A stretch of DNA of 64,000 bases, taken from the human T2T-CHM13v2.0 reference genome, Homo sapiens. The translations under genes were made by a program, and so were the position numbers. This document shows positions 1-11,500 of the stretch, one piece after another. The first letter of the stretch is position 1; every line of letters begins with the position of its first letter. The stretch is taken from the NCBI RefSeq assembly GCF_009914755.1, contig NC_060925.1. One strand, 5' to 3'. Below the pieces are notes generated by a model. The model saw nothing but the letters and a program-made list of their open reading frames with translations. It had not been told where the DNA came from and did no database searches.

Positions 1-67
1 GTGAGTTGAATGCACACAACACAAGGAAGTTACTGGGAATTCTTCTGTCTAGCCTTACATGAAGAAA

Positions 68-84
68 ACCCGTTTCCAACGAAG
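68..84 (-). promoter_or_regulatory. CENP-B box variant in dimer A (CTTCGTTGGAAACGGGT), core nucleotides intact
   Basis: The + strand reads acccgtttccaacgaag. Only the terminal base differs and the nTTCGnnnnAnnCGGGn core is retained. One per HOR unit. Confidence 0.9.
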
Positions 85-407
85 GCCTCTAAGTGGTCAA
101 AATATCCACGTGCAGACTTTACAAAGAGAGTGTTTCCAAACCGCTGAATGAAAAGAAAAGTTAAACTCTGAGAGTTGAACGCACACATCACGCAGCAGTT
201 TCTGAGAATGATTCTGTCTAGTTTTTATACGAAGATATTTCCTTTTCTGCCTTTGGCCCCAAAGCGCTTGAAATCTCCACTTGCAAATTCCACAAAAACA
301 GTGTTTCAAATCTGCTCTCTCTAAATGAAAGTTCAACTCTGTCAGTTGAATACACACAACACAAGGAAGTTACTGAGAATTCTTCTGTCTAGCATAATAT
401 GAAGAAA

Positions 408-424
408 TCCCGTTTCCAACGAAG
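408..424 (-). promoter_or_regulatory. CENP-B box, canonical (CTTCGTTGGAAACGGGA); representative of the boxes in dimers B-F, recurring about every 340 bp across the window
   Basis: The + strand reads tcccgtttccaacgaag, the reverse complement of the established 17-bp consensus YTTCGTTGGAARCGGGA. Also at 748, 1088, 1428, 1769 and onward. Confidence 0.97.
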
Positions 425-1599
425 GCCTCAAAGGGGTCTGAATATCCACTTGCAGACTTTATAAACAGAGTGTTTACTAACTGCTCTATGAAAAGAAAGG
501 TTAAACTCTGTGAGTTGAACACACACATCACAAAGGAGTTTCTGAGAATCATTCTGTCTAGTTTTTCTACGAAGATATTTCCTTTTCTACTAGTGACCTC
601 AAAGCGGCTGAAATCTCCACTTGCAAATTCCACAAAAAGAGTGTTTCAAGTCTGCTCTGTGTAAAGGATCGTTCAACTCTGTGAGTTGAATACACACAAC
701 ACAAGGAAGTTACTGAGAATTCTTCTGTCTAGCAGAATATGAAGAAATCCCGTTTCCAACGAAGGCCTCAAGGAGGTCTGAATATCCACTTGCAGACTTT
801 ACAAACAGAGTGTTTCCTAACTGCTCTATGAACAGAAAGGTTAAACTCTGTGAGTTGAACGCACACATCACAAAGGAGTTTCTGAGAATCATTCTGTCTA
901 GTCTTTATACGAAGATATTTACTTTTCTACCATTGACCTCAAAGCGGCTGAAATCTCCACTTGCAAATTCCACAAAAAGAGTGTTTCAAGTCTGCTCTGT
1001 GTAAAGGATCATTCAACTCTGTGAGTTGAATAAACACAACACAAGGAAGTTACTGAGAATTCTTCTGTCTAGCAGAATATGAAGAAATCCCGTTTCCAAC
1101 GAAGGCCTCAAGGAGGTCTGAATATCCACTTGCAGACTTTACAAACAGAGTGTTTCCTAACTGCTCTATGAAAAGAAAGGTTAAACTCTGTGAGTTGAAC
1201 GCACACATCACAAAGGAGTTCATGAGAATCATTTTGTCTAGGTTCTATAAGAAGATATTTCCTATTCTACCATTGACCTCAAAGCGGCTGAAATCTCCAC
1301 TTGCAAATTCGACAAAAAGAGTGTTTCAAGCCTGCTCTCTGTAAAGGATCCTTCAACTCTGTGAGTTGAATACACACAACACAAGGAAGTTACTGAGAAT
1401 TATTCTGTCTAGCATAATATGAAGAAATCCCGTTTCCAACGAAGGCCTCAAAGAGGTCTGAATATCCACTTGCACACTTTACAAACAGAGTGTTTCCTAA
1501 CTGCTCTATGAGAAGAAAAGTTAAACTCTGTGAGTTGAACGCACACATCACAAAAGATTTTCTGAGAATCATTCTGTCTAGTCTTTATATGAAGATAGT

Positions 1600-1616
1600 T
1601 TCCTTTTCTACCATTG
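1600..1616 (+). promoter_or_regulatory. A-box (pJ-alpha-like) region of the CENP-B-box-less monomer, representative copy
   Basis: ttccttttctaccattg lies at the monomer position equivalent to the CENP-B box and resembles the pJ-alpha motif TTCCTTTTYCACCRTAG with mismatches. Protein binding is not demonstrable from sequence. Confidence 0.55.
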
Positions 1617-2040
1617 ACCTCAAAGCGGCTGAAATCTCCACTTGCAAATTCCACAAAAAGAGTGTTTCAAGTCTGCTCTGTGTAAAGGATCGTTCAACTC
1701 TGTGAGTTGAATACACACAACACAAGGAAGTTACTGAGAATTCTTCTGTCTAGCAGAATATGAAAAAATCCCGTTTCCAACGAAGGCCACAAGATGTCAG
1801 AATATCCACTTACAGACTTTACAAACAGAGTGTTTCCTAACTGCTCTATGAACAGAAAGGTTAAACTCTGTGAGTTGAACGAACACATCACAACGCAGTT
1901 TGTGGGAATGATTCTGTCTAGTTTTGAAACGAAGATATTTCCTTTTCTGCCGTTGACCTTAAAGCGCTTGAAATCTACACTTGCAAATTGCACAAATAGA
2001 GTGTTTCAAATCTGCTCTGTCTAAGGGAACGTTCAACTCT

Positions 2041-4420
2041 GTGAGTTGAATGCACACAACATAAGGAAGTTACTGGGAATTCTTCTGTCTAGCCTTACAT
2101 GAAAAAAACCCGTTTCCAACGAAGGCCTCTAAGTGGTCAAAATTTCCACGTGCAGACTTTACAAACAGAGTGTTTCCAAACCGCTGAATGAAAAGAAAAG
2201 TTAAACTCTGAGAGTTGAACGCACACATCACGCAGCAGTTTCTCAGAATGATTCTGTCTAGTTTTTATACGAAGATATTTCCTTTTCTGCCTTTGGCCCC
2301 AAAGCGCTTGAAATCTCCACTTGCAAATTCCACAAAAACAGTGTTTCAAATCTGCTCTCTCTAAATGAAAGTTCAACTCTGTCAGTTGAATACACACAAC
2401 ACAAGGAAGTTACTGAGAATTCTTCTGTCTAGCATAATATGAAGAAATCCCGTTTCCAACGAAGGCTTCAAAGGGGTCTGAATATCCACTTGCAGACTTT
2501 ATAAACAGAGTGTTTACTAACTGCTCTATGAAAAGAAAGGTTAAACTCTGTGAGTTGAACACACACATCAAAAAGGAGTTTCTGAGAATCATTCTGTCTA
2601 GTTTTTCTACGAAGATATTTCCTTTTCTACTATTGACCTCAAAGCGGCTGAAATCTCCACTTGCAAATTCCACAAAAAGAGTGTTTCAAGTCTGCTCTGT
2701 GTAAAGGATCGTTCAACTCTGTGAGTTGAATACACACAACACAAGGAAGTTTCTGAGAAATATTCTGTCTAGCAGAATATGAAGAAATCCCGTTTCCAAC
2801 GAAGGTCTCAAAGAGGTCTGAATATCCACTTGCAGACTTTACAAACAGAGTGTTTCGTAACTGCTCTATGAAAAGAAAGTTTAAACTCTGTGAGTTGAAC
2901 GCACACATCACAAAGGAGTTTCTGAGAATCATTCTGTCTAGTTTCTATAGGAAGATATTTCCTATTCTACCACTGACCTCAAAGCGGCTGAAATCTCCAC
3001 TTGCAAATTCCACAAAAAGAGTGTTTCAAGTCTGCTCTGTGTAAAGGATCGTTTAACTCTGTGAGTTGAATACACACAACACAAGGAAGTTACTGAGAAT
3101 TCTTCTGTCTAGCAGAATATGAAGAAATCCCGTTTCCAACGAAGGCCTCAAGGAGGTCTGAATATCCACTTGCAGACTTTACAAACAGAGTGTTTCCTAA
3201 CTGCTCTATGAACAGAAAGGTTAAACTCTGTGAGTTGAACGCACACATCACAAAGGAGTTTCTGAGAATCATTCTGTCTAGTCTTTATACGAAGATATTT
3301 ACTTTTCTACCATTGACCTCAAAGCGGCTGAAATCTCCACTTGCAAATTCCACAAAAAGAGTGTTTCAAGTCTGCTCTGTGTAAAGGATCATTCAACTCT
3401 GTGAGTTGAATAAACACAACACAAGGAAGTTACTGAGAATTCTTCTGTCTAGCAGAATATGAAGAAATCCCGTTTCCAACGAAGGCCTCAAGGAGGTCTG
3501 AATATCCACTTGCAGACTTTACAAACAGAGTGTTTCCTAACTGCTCTATGAAAAGAAAGGTTAAACTCTGTGAGTTGAACACACACATCACAAAGGAGTT
3601 TATGAGAATCATTCTGTCTAGTTTCTATAAGAAGATATTTCCTATTCTACCATTGACCTCAAAGCGGCTGAAATCTCCACTTGCAAATTCGACAAACAGA
3701 GTGTTTCAAGCCTGCTCTCTGTAAAGGATCCTTCAACTCTGTGAGTTGAATACACACAACACAAGGAAGTTACTGAGAATTATTCTGTCTAGCAGAATAT
3801 GAAGAAATCCCGTTTCCAACGAAGGCCTCAAAGAGGTCTGAATATCCACTTGCAGACTTTACAAACAGAGTGTTTCCTAACTGCTCTATGAGAAGAAAAG
3901 TTAAACTCTGTGAGTTGAACGCACACATCACAAAAGATTTTCTGAGAATCATTCTGTCTAGTCTTTATATGAAGATAGTTTCCTTTTCTACCATTGACCT
4001 CAAAGCGGCTGAAATCTCCACTTGCAAATTCCACAAAAAGAGTGTTTCAAGTCTGCTCTGTGTAAAGGATCGTTCAACTCTGTGAGTTGAATACACACAA
4101 CACAAGGAAGTTACTGAGAATTCTTCTGTCTAGCAGAATATGAAGAAATCCCGTTTCCAACGAAGGCCACAAGATGTCAGAATATCCACTTACAGACTTT
4201 ACAAACAGAGTGTTTCCTAACTGCTCTATGAACAGAAAGGTTAAACTCTGTGAGTTGAACGAACACATCACAACGCAGTTTGTGGGAATGATTCTGTCTA
4301 GTTTTGAAACGAAGATATTTCCTTTTCTGCCGTTGACCTTAAAGCGCTTGAAATCTACACTTGCAAATTGCACAAATAGAGTGTTTCAAATCTGCTCTGT
4401 CTAAGGGAACGTTCAACTCT
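2041..4420. repeat. HOR unit 2: 14-mer structural variant (2380 bp) with an extra dimer X at 2721-3060
   Basis: The next unit marker is at 4421, i.e. 2040 + 340 bp. The extra dimer has diagnostic ttctgagaaatatt, gaaggtctca and ctataggaag. Confidence 0.95.
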
Positions 4421-6460
4421 GTGAGTTGAATGCACACAACACAAGGAAGTTACTGGGAATTCTTCTGTCTAGCCTTACATGAAAAAACCCCGTTTCCAAC
4501 GAAGGCCTCTAAGTGGTCAAAATATCCACGTGCAGACTTTACAAACAGAGTGTTTCCAAACCGCTGAATGAAAAGAAAAGTTGAACTCTGAGAGTTGAAC
4601 GCACACATCACGCAGCAGTTTCTGAGAATGATTCTGTCTAGTTTTTATACGAAGATATTTCCTTTTCTGCCTTTGGCCCCAAAGCGCTTGAAATCTCCAC
4701 TTGCAAATTCCACAAAAACAGTGTTTCAAATCTGCTCTCTCTAAATGAAAGTTCAACTCTGTCAGTTGAATACACACAACACAAGGAAGTTACTGAGAAT
4801 TCTTCTGTCTAGCATAATATGAAGAAATCCCGTTTCCAACGAAGGCCTCAAAGGGGTCTGAATATCCACTTGCAGACTTTATAAACAGAGTGTTTACTAA
4901 CTGCTCTATGAAAAGAAAGGTTAAACTCTGTGAGTTGAACACACACATCACAAAGGAGTTTCTGAGAATCATTCTGTCTAGTTTTTCTACGAAGATATTT
5001 CCTTTTCTACTAGTGACCTCAAAGCGGCTGAAATCTCCACTTGCAAATTCCACAAAAAGAGTGTTTCAAGTCTGCTCTGTGTAAAGGATCGTTCAACTCT
5101 GTGAGTTGAATACACACAACACAAGGAAGTTACTGAGAATTCTTCTGTCTAGCAGAATATGAAGAAATCCCGTTTCCAACGAAGGCCTCAAGGAGGTCTG
5201 AATATCCACTTGCAGACTTTACAAACAGAGTGTTTCCTAACTGCTCTATGAACAGAAAGGTTAAACTCTGTGAGTTGAACGCACACATCACAAAGGAGTT
5301 TCTGAGAATCATTCTGTCTAGTCTTTATACGAAGATATTTACTTTTCTACCATTGACCTCAAAGCGGCTGAAATCTCCACTTGCAAATTCCACAAAAAGA
5401 GTGTTTCAAGTCTGCTCTGTGTAAAGGATCATTCAACTCTGTGAGTTGAATAAACACAACACAAGGAAGTTACTGAGAATTCTTCTGTCTAGCAGAATAT
5501 GAAGAAATCCCGTTTCCAACGAAGGCCTCAAGGAGGTCTGAATATCCACTTGCAGACTTTACAAACAGAGTGTTTCCTAACTGCTCTATGAAAAGAAAGG
5601 TTAAACTCTGTGAGTTGAACGCACACATCACAAAGGAGTTCATGAGAATCATTTTGTCTAGGTTCTATAAGAAGATATTTCCTATTCTACCATTGACATC
5701 AAAGCGGCTGAAATCTCCACTTGCAAATTCGAGAAACAGAGTGTTTCAAGCCTGCTCTCTGTAAAGGATCCTTCAACTCTGTGAGTTGAATACACACAAC
5801 ACAAGGAAGTTACTGAGAATTATTCTGTCTAGCAGAATATGAAGAAATCCCGTTTCCAACGAAGGCCTCAAAGAGGTCTGAATATCCACTTGCAGACTTT
5901 ACAAACAGAGTGTTTCCTAACTGCTCTATGAGAAGAAAAGTTAAACTCTGTGAGTTGAACGCACACATCACAAAAGATTTTCTGAGAATCATTCTGTCTA
6001 GTCTTTATATGAAGATAGTTTCCTTTTCTACCATTGACCTCAAAGCGGCTGAAATCTCCACTTGCAAATTCCACAAAAAGAGTGTTTCAAGTCTGCTCTG
6101 TGTAAAGGATCGTTCAACTCTGTGAGTTGAATACACACAACACAAGGAAGTTACTGAGAATTCTTCTGTCTAGCAGAATATGAAGAAATCCCGTTTCCAA
6201 CGAAGGCCACAAGATGTCAGAATATCCACTTACAGACTTTACAAACAGAGTGTTTCCTAACTGCTCTATGAACAGAAAGGTTAAACTCTGTGAGTTGAAC
6301 GAACACATCACAACGCAGTTTGTGGGAATGATTCTGTCTAGTTTTGAAACGAAGATATTTCCTTTTCTGCCGTTGACCTTAAAGCGCTTGAAATCTACAC
6401 TTGCAAATTGCACAAATAGAGTGTTTCAAATCTGCTCTGTCTAAGGGAACGTTCAACTCT
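4421..6460. repeat. HOR unit 3: 12-mer (2040 bp), older haplotype (A,B,C,D,E,F)
   Basis: Same dimer order as unit 1. Shares tagtgacc and catgagaatcattttgtctaggttct with unit 1. Confidence 0.95.
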
Positions 6461-8500
6461 GTGAGTTGAATGCACACAACACAAGGAAGTTACTGGGAAT
6501 TCTTCTGTCTAGCCTTACATGAAAAAACCCCGTTTCCAACGAAGGCCTCTAAGTGGTCAAAATATCCACGTGCAGACTTTACAAACAGAGTGTTTCCAAA
6601 CCGCTGAATGAAAAGAAAAGTTGAACTCTGAGAGTTGAACGCACACATCACGCAGCAGTTTCTGAGAATGATTCTGTCTAGTTTTTATACGAAGATATTT
6701 CCTTTTCTGCCTTTGGCCCCAAAGCGCTTGAAATCTCCACTTGCAAATTCCACAAAAACAGTGTTTCAAATCTGCTCTCTCTAAATGAAAGTTCAACTCT
6801 GTCAGTTGAATACACACAACACAAGGAAGTTACTGAGAATTCTTCTCTCTAGCATAATATGAAGAAATCCCGTTTCCAACGAAGGCCTCAAAGGGGTCTG
6901 AATATCCACTTGCAGACTTTATAAACAGAGTGTTTACTAACTGCTCTATGAAAAGAAAGGTTAAACTCTGTGAGTTGAACACACACATCACAAAGGAGTT
7001 TCTGAGAATCATTCTGTCTAGTTTTTCTACGAAGATATTTCCTTTTCTACTATTGACCTCAAAGCGGCTGAAATCTCCACTTGCAAATTCCACAAAAAGA
7101 GTGTTTCAAGTCTGCTCTGTGTAAAGGATCGTTCAACTCTGTGAGTTGAATACACACAACACAAGGAAGTTTCTGAGAAATATTCTGTCTAGCAGAATAT
7201 GAAGAAATCCCGTTTCCAACGAAGGCCTCAAGGAGGTCTGAATATCCACTTGCAGACTTTACAAACAGAGTGTTTCCTAACTGCTCTATGAAAAGAAAGG
7301 TTAAACTCTGTGAGTTGAACGCACACATCACAAAGGAGTTTATGAGAATCATTCTGTCTAGTTTCTATAGGAAGATATTTCCTATTCTACCATTGACCTC
7401 AAAGCGGCTGAAATCTCCACTTGCAAATTCCACAAAAAGAGTGTTTCAAGTCTGCTCTCTGTAAAGGATCGTTCAACTCTGTGAGTTGAATACACACAAC
7501 ACAAGGAAGTTTCTGAGTAATATTCTGTCTAGCAGAATATGAAGAAATCCCGTTTCCAACGAAGGTCTCAAAGAGGTCTGAATATCCACTTGCAGACTTT
7601 ACAAACAGAGTGTTTCCTAACTGCTCTATGAAAAGAAAGGTTAAACTCTGTGAGTTGAACGCACACATCACAAAGGAGTTTATGAGAATCATTCTGTCTA
7701 GTTTCTATAAGAAGATACTTCCTATTCTACCATTGACCTCAAAGCGGCTGAAATCTCCACTTGCAAATTCGACAAAAAGAGTGTTTCAAGCCTGCTCTCT
7801 GTAAAGGATCCTTCAACTCTGTGAGTTGAATACACACAACACAAGGAAGTTACTGAGAATTATTCTGTCTAGCATAATATGAAGAAATCCCGTTTCCAAC
7901 GAAGGCCTCAAAGAGGTCTGAATATCCACTTGCAGACTTTACAAACAGAGTGTTTCCTAACTGCTCTATGAGAAGAAAAGTTAAACTCTGTGAGTTGAAC
8001 GCACACATCACAAAAGATTTTCTGAGAATCATTCTGTCTAGTCTTTATATGAAGATAGTTTCCTTTTCTACCATTGACCTCAAAGCGGCTGAAATCTCCA
8101 CTTGCAAATTCCACAAAAAGAGTGTTTCAAGTCTGCTCTGTGTAAAGGATCGTTCAACTCTGTGAGTTGAATACACACAACACAAGGAAGTTACTGAGAA
8201 TTCTTCTGTCTAGCAGAATAGGAAGAAATCCCGTTTCCAACGAAGGCCACAAGATGTCAGAATATCCACTTACAGACTTTACAAACAGAGTGTTTCCTAA
8301 CTGCTCTATGAACAGAAAGGTTAAACTCTGTGAGTTGAACGAACACATCACAACGCAGTTTGTGGGAATGATTCTGTCTAGTTTTGAAACGAAGATATTT
8401 CCTTTTCTGCCGTTGACCTTAAAGCGCTTGAAATCTACACTTGCAAATTGCACAAATAGAGTGTTTCAAATCTGCTCTGTCTAAGGGAACGTTCAACTCT
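6461..8500. repeat. HOR unit 4: transitional 12-mer (2040 bp), first unit with the young dimer composition (A,B,X',X'',E,F)
   Basis: Lacks dimer C and has two X-like dimers, like all downstream units. It still has the 340-bp dimer A with the A6C4 tract of unit 3 and carries private SNVs at 6847 and 7518. Confidence 0.92.
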
Positions 8501-11500
8501 GTGAGTTGAATGCACACAACACAAGGAAGTTACTGGGAATTCTTCTGTCTAGCCTTACATGAAAAAACCCGTTTCCAACGAAGGCCTCTAAGTGGTCAAA
8601 ATATCCACGTGCAGACTTTACAAACAGAGTGTTTCCAAACCGCTGAATGAAAAGAAAAGTTGAACTCTGAGAGTTGAACGCACACATCACGCAGCAGTTT
8701 CTGAGAATGATTCTGTCTAGTTTTTATACGAAGATATTTCCTTTTCTGCCTTTGGCCCCAAAGCGCTTGAAATCTCCACTTGCAAATTCCACAAAAACAG
8801 TGTTTCAAATCTGCTCTCTCTAAATGAAAGTTCAACTCTGTCAGTTGAATACACACAACACAAGGAAGTTACTGAGAATTCTTCTGTCTAGCATAATATG
8901 AAGAAATCCCGTTTCCAACGAAGGCCTCAAAGGGGTCTGAATATCCACTTGCAGACTTTATAAACAGAGTGTTTACTAACTGCTCTATGAAAAGAAAGGT
9001 TAAACTCTGTGAGTTGAACACACACATCAGAAAGGAGTTTCTGAGAATCATTCTGTCTAGTTTTTCTACGAAGATATTTCCTTTTCTACTATTGACCTGA
9101 AAGCGGCTGAAATCTCCACTTGCAAATTCCACAAAAAGAGTGTTTCAAGTCTGCTCTGTGTAAAGGATCGTTCAACTCTGTGAGTTGAATACACACAACA
9201 CAAGGAAGTTTCTGAGAAATATTCTGTCTAGCAGAATATGAAGAAATCCCGTTTCCAACGAAGGCCTCAAGGAGGTCTGAATATCCACTTGCAGACTTTA
9301 CAAACAGAGTGTTTCCTAACTGCTCTATGAAAAGAAAGGTTAAACTCTGTGAGTTGAACGCACACATCACAAAGGAGTTTATGAGAATCATTCTGTCTAG
9401 TTTCTATAGGAAGATATTTCCTATTCTACCATTGACCTCAAAGCGGCTGAAATCTCCACTTGCAAATTCCACAAAAAGAGTGTTTCAAGTCTGCTCTCTG
9501 TAAAGGATCGTTCAACTCTGTGAGTTGAATACACACAACACAAGGAAGTTTCTGAGAAATATTCTGTCTAGCAGAATATGAAGAAATCCCGTTTCCAACG
9601 AAGGTCTCAAAGAGGTCTGAATATCCACTTGCAGACTTTACAAACAGAGTGTTTCCTAACTGCTCTATGAAAAGAAAGGTTAAACTCTGTGAGTTGAACG
9701 CACACATCACAAAGGAGTTTATGAGAATCATTCTGTCTAGTTTCTATAAGAAGATACTTCCTATTCTACCATTGACCTCAAAGCGGCTGAAATCTCCACT
9801 TGCAAATTCGACAAAAAGAGTGTTTCAAGCCTGCTCTCTGTAAAGGATCCTTCAACTCTGTGAGTTGAATACACACAACACAAGGAAGTTACTGAGAATT
9901 ATTCTGTCTAGCATAATATGAAGAAATCCCGTTTCCAACGAAGGCCTCAAAGAGGTCTGAATATCCACTTGCAGACTTTACAAACAGAGTGTTTCCTAAC
10001 TGCTCTATGAGAAGAAAAGTTAAACTCTGTGAGTTGAACGCACACATCACAAAAGATTTTCTGAGAATCATTCTGTCTAGTCTTTATATGAAGATAGTTT
10101 CCTTTTCTACCATTGACCTCAAAGCGGCTGAAATCTCCACTTGCAAATTCCACAAAAAGAGTGTTTCAAGTCTGCTCTGTGTAAAGGATCGTTCAACTCT
10201 GTGAGTTGAATACACACAACACAAGGAAGTTACTGAGAATTCTTCTGTCTAGCAGAATAGGAAGAAATCCCGTTTCCAACGAAGGCCACAAGATGTCAGA
10301 ATATCCACTTACAGACTTTACAAACAGAGTGTTTCCTAACTGCTCTATGAACAGAAAGGTTAAACTCTGTGAGTTGAACGAACACATCACAACGCAGTTT
10401 GTGGGAATGATTCTGTCTAGTTTTGAAACGAAGATATTTCCTTTTCTGCCGTTGACCTTAAAGCGCTTGAAATCTACACTTGCAAATTGCACAAATAGAG
10501 TGTTTCAAATCTGCTCTGTCTAAGGGAACGTTCAACTCTGTGAGTTGAATGCACACAACACAAGGAAGTTACTGGGAATTCTTCTGTCTAGCCTTACATG
10601 AAAAAACCCGTTTCCAACGAAGGCCTCTAAGTGGTCAAAATATCCACGTGCAGACTTTACAAACAGAGTGTTTCCAAACCGCTGAATGAAAAGAAAAGTT
10701 GAACTCTGAGAGTTGAACGCACACATCACGCAGCAGTTTCTGAGAATGATTCTGTCTAGTTTTTATACGAAGATATTTCCTTTTCTGCCTTTGGCCCCAA
10801 AGCGCTTGAAATCTCCACTTGCAAATTCCACAAAAACAGTGTTTCAAATCTGCTCTCTCTAAATGAAAGTTCAACTCTGTCAGTTGAATACACACAACAC
10901 AAGGAAGTTACTGAGAATTCTTCTGTCTAGCATAATATGAAGAAATCCCGTTTCCAACGAAGGCCTCAAAGGGGTCTGAATATCCACTTGCAGACTTTAT
11001 AAACAGAGTGTTTACTAACTGCTCTATGAAAAGAAAGGTTAAACTCTGTGAGTTGAACACACACATCACAAAGGAGTTTCTGAGAATCATTCTGTCTAGT
11101 TTTTCTACGAAGATATTTCCTTTTCTACTATTGACCTCAAAGCGGCTGAAATCTCCACTTGCAAATTCCACAAAAAGAGTGTTTCAAGTCTGCTCTGTGT
11201 AAAGGATCGTTCAACTCTGTGAGTTGAATACACACAACACAAGGAAGTTTCTGAGAAATATTCTGTCTAGCAGAATATGAAGAAATCCCGTTTCCAACGA
11301 AGGCCTCAAGGAGGTCTGAATATCCACTTGCAGACTTTACAAACAGAGTGTTTCCTAACTGCTCTATGAAAAGAAAGGTTAAACTCTGTGAGTTGAACGC
11401 ACACATCACAAAGGAGTTTATGAGAATCATTCTGTCTAGTTTCTATAGGAAGATATTTCCTATTCTACCATTGACCTCAAAGCGGCTGAAATCTCCACTT

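Larger units (their letters stand above)
1..2040. repeat. HOR unit 1: 12-mer (dimers A,B,C,D,E,F; 340,340,340,340,341,339 bp), older haplotype
   Basis: The marker gtgagttgaatgcacacaac recurs at 1 and 2041. Dimer E carries +1 bp (gaagatagtttcc) and dimer F carries -1 bp (ggccacaagatgtcag). One BamHI site at 1346-1351. Confidence 0.95.

Noticed and set aside
2571-9030. Same HOR site mutated to different bases (C>A at 2571, C>G at 9030), and adjacent hits at unit offsets 597/598 (51917 vs 9099)
   Set aside because: Too few events to call mutation hotspots, and the C>A lies beside an A-run where errors are plausible.
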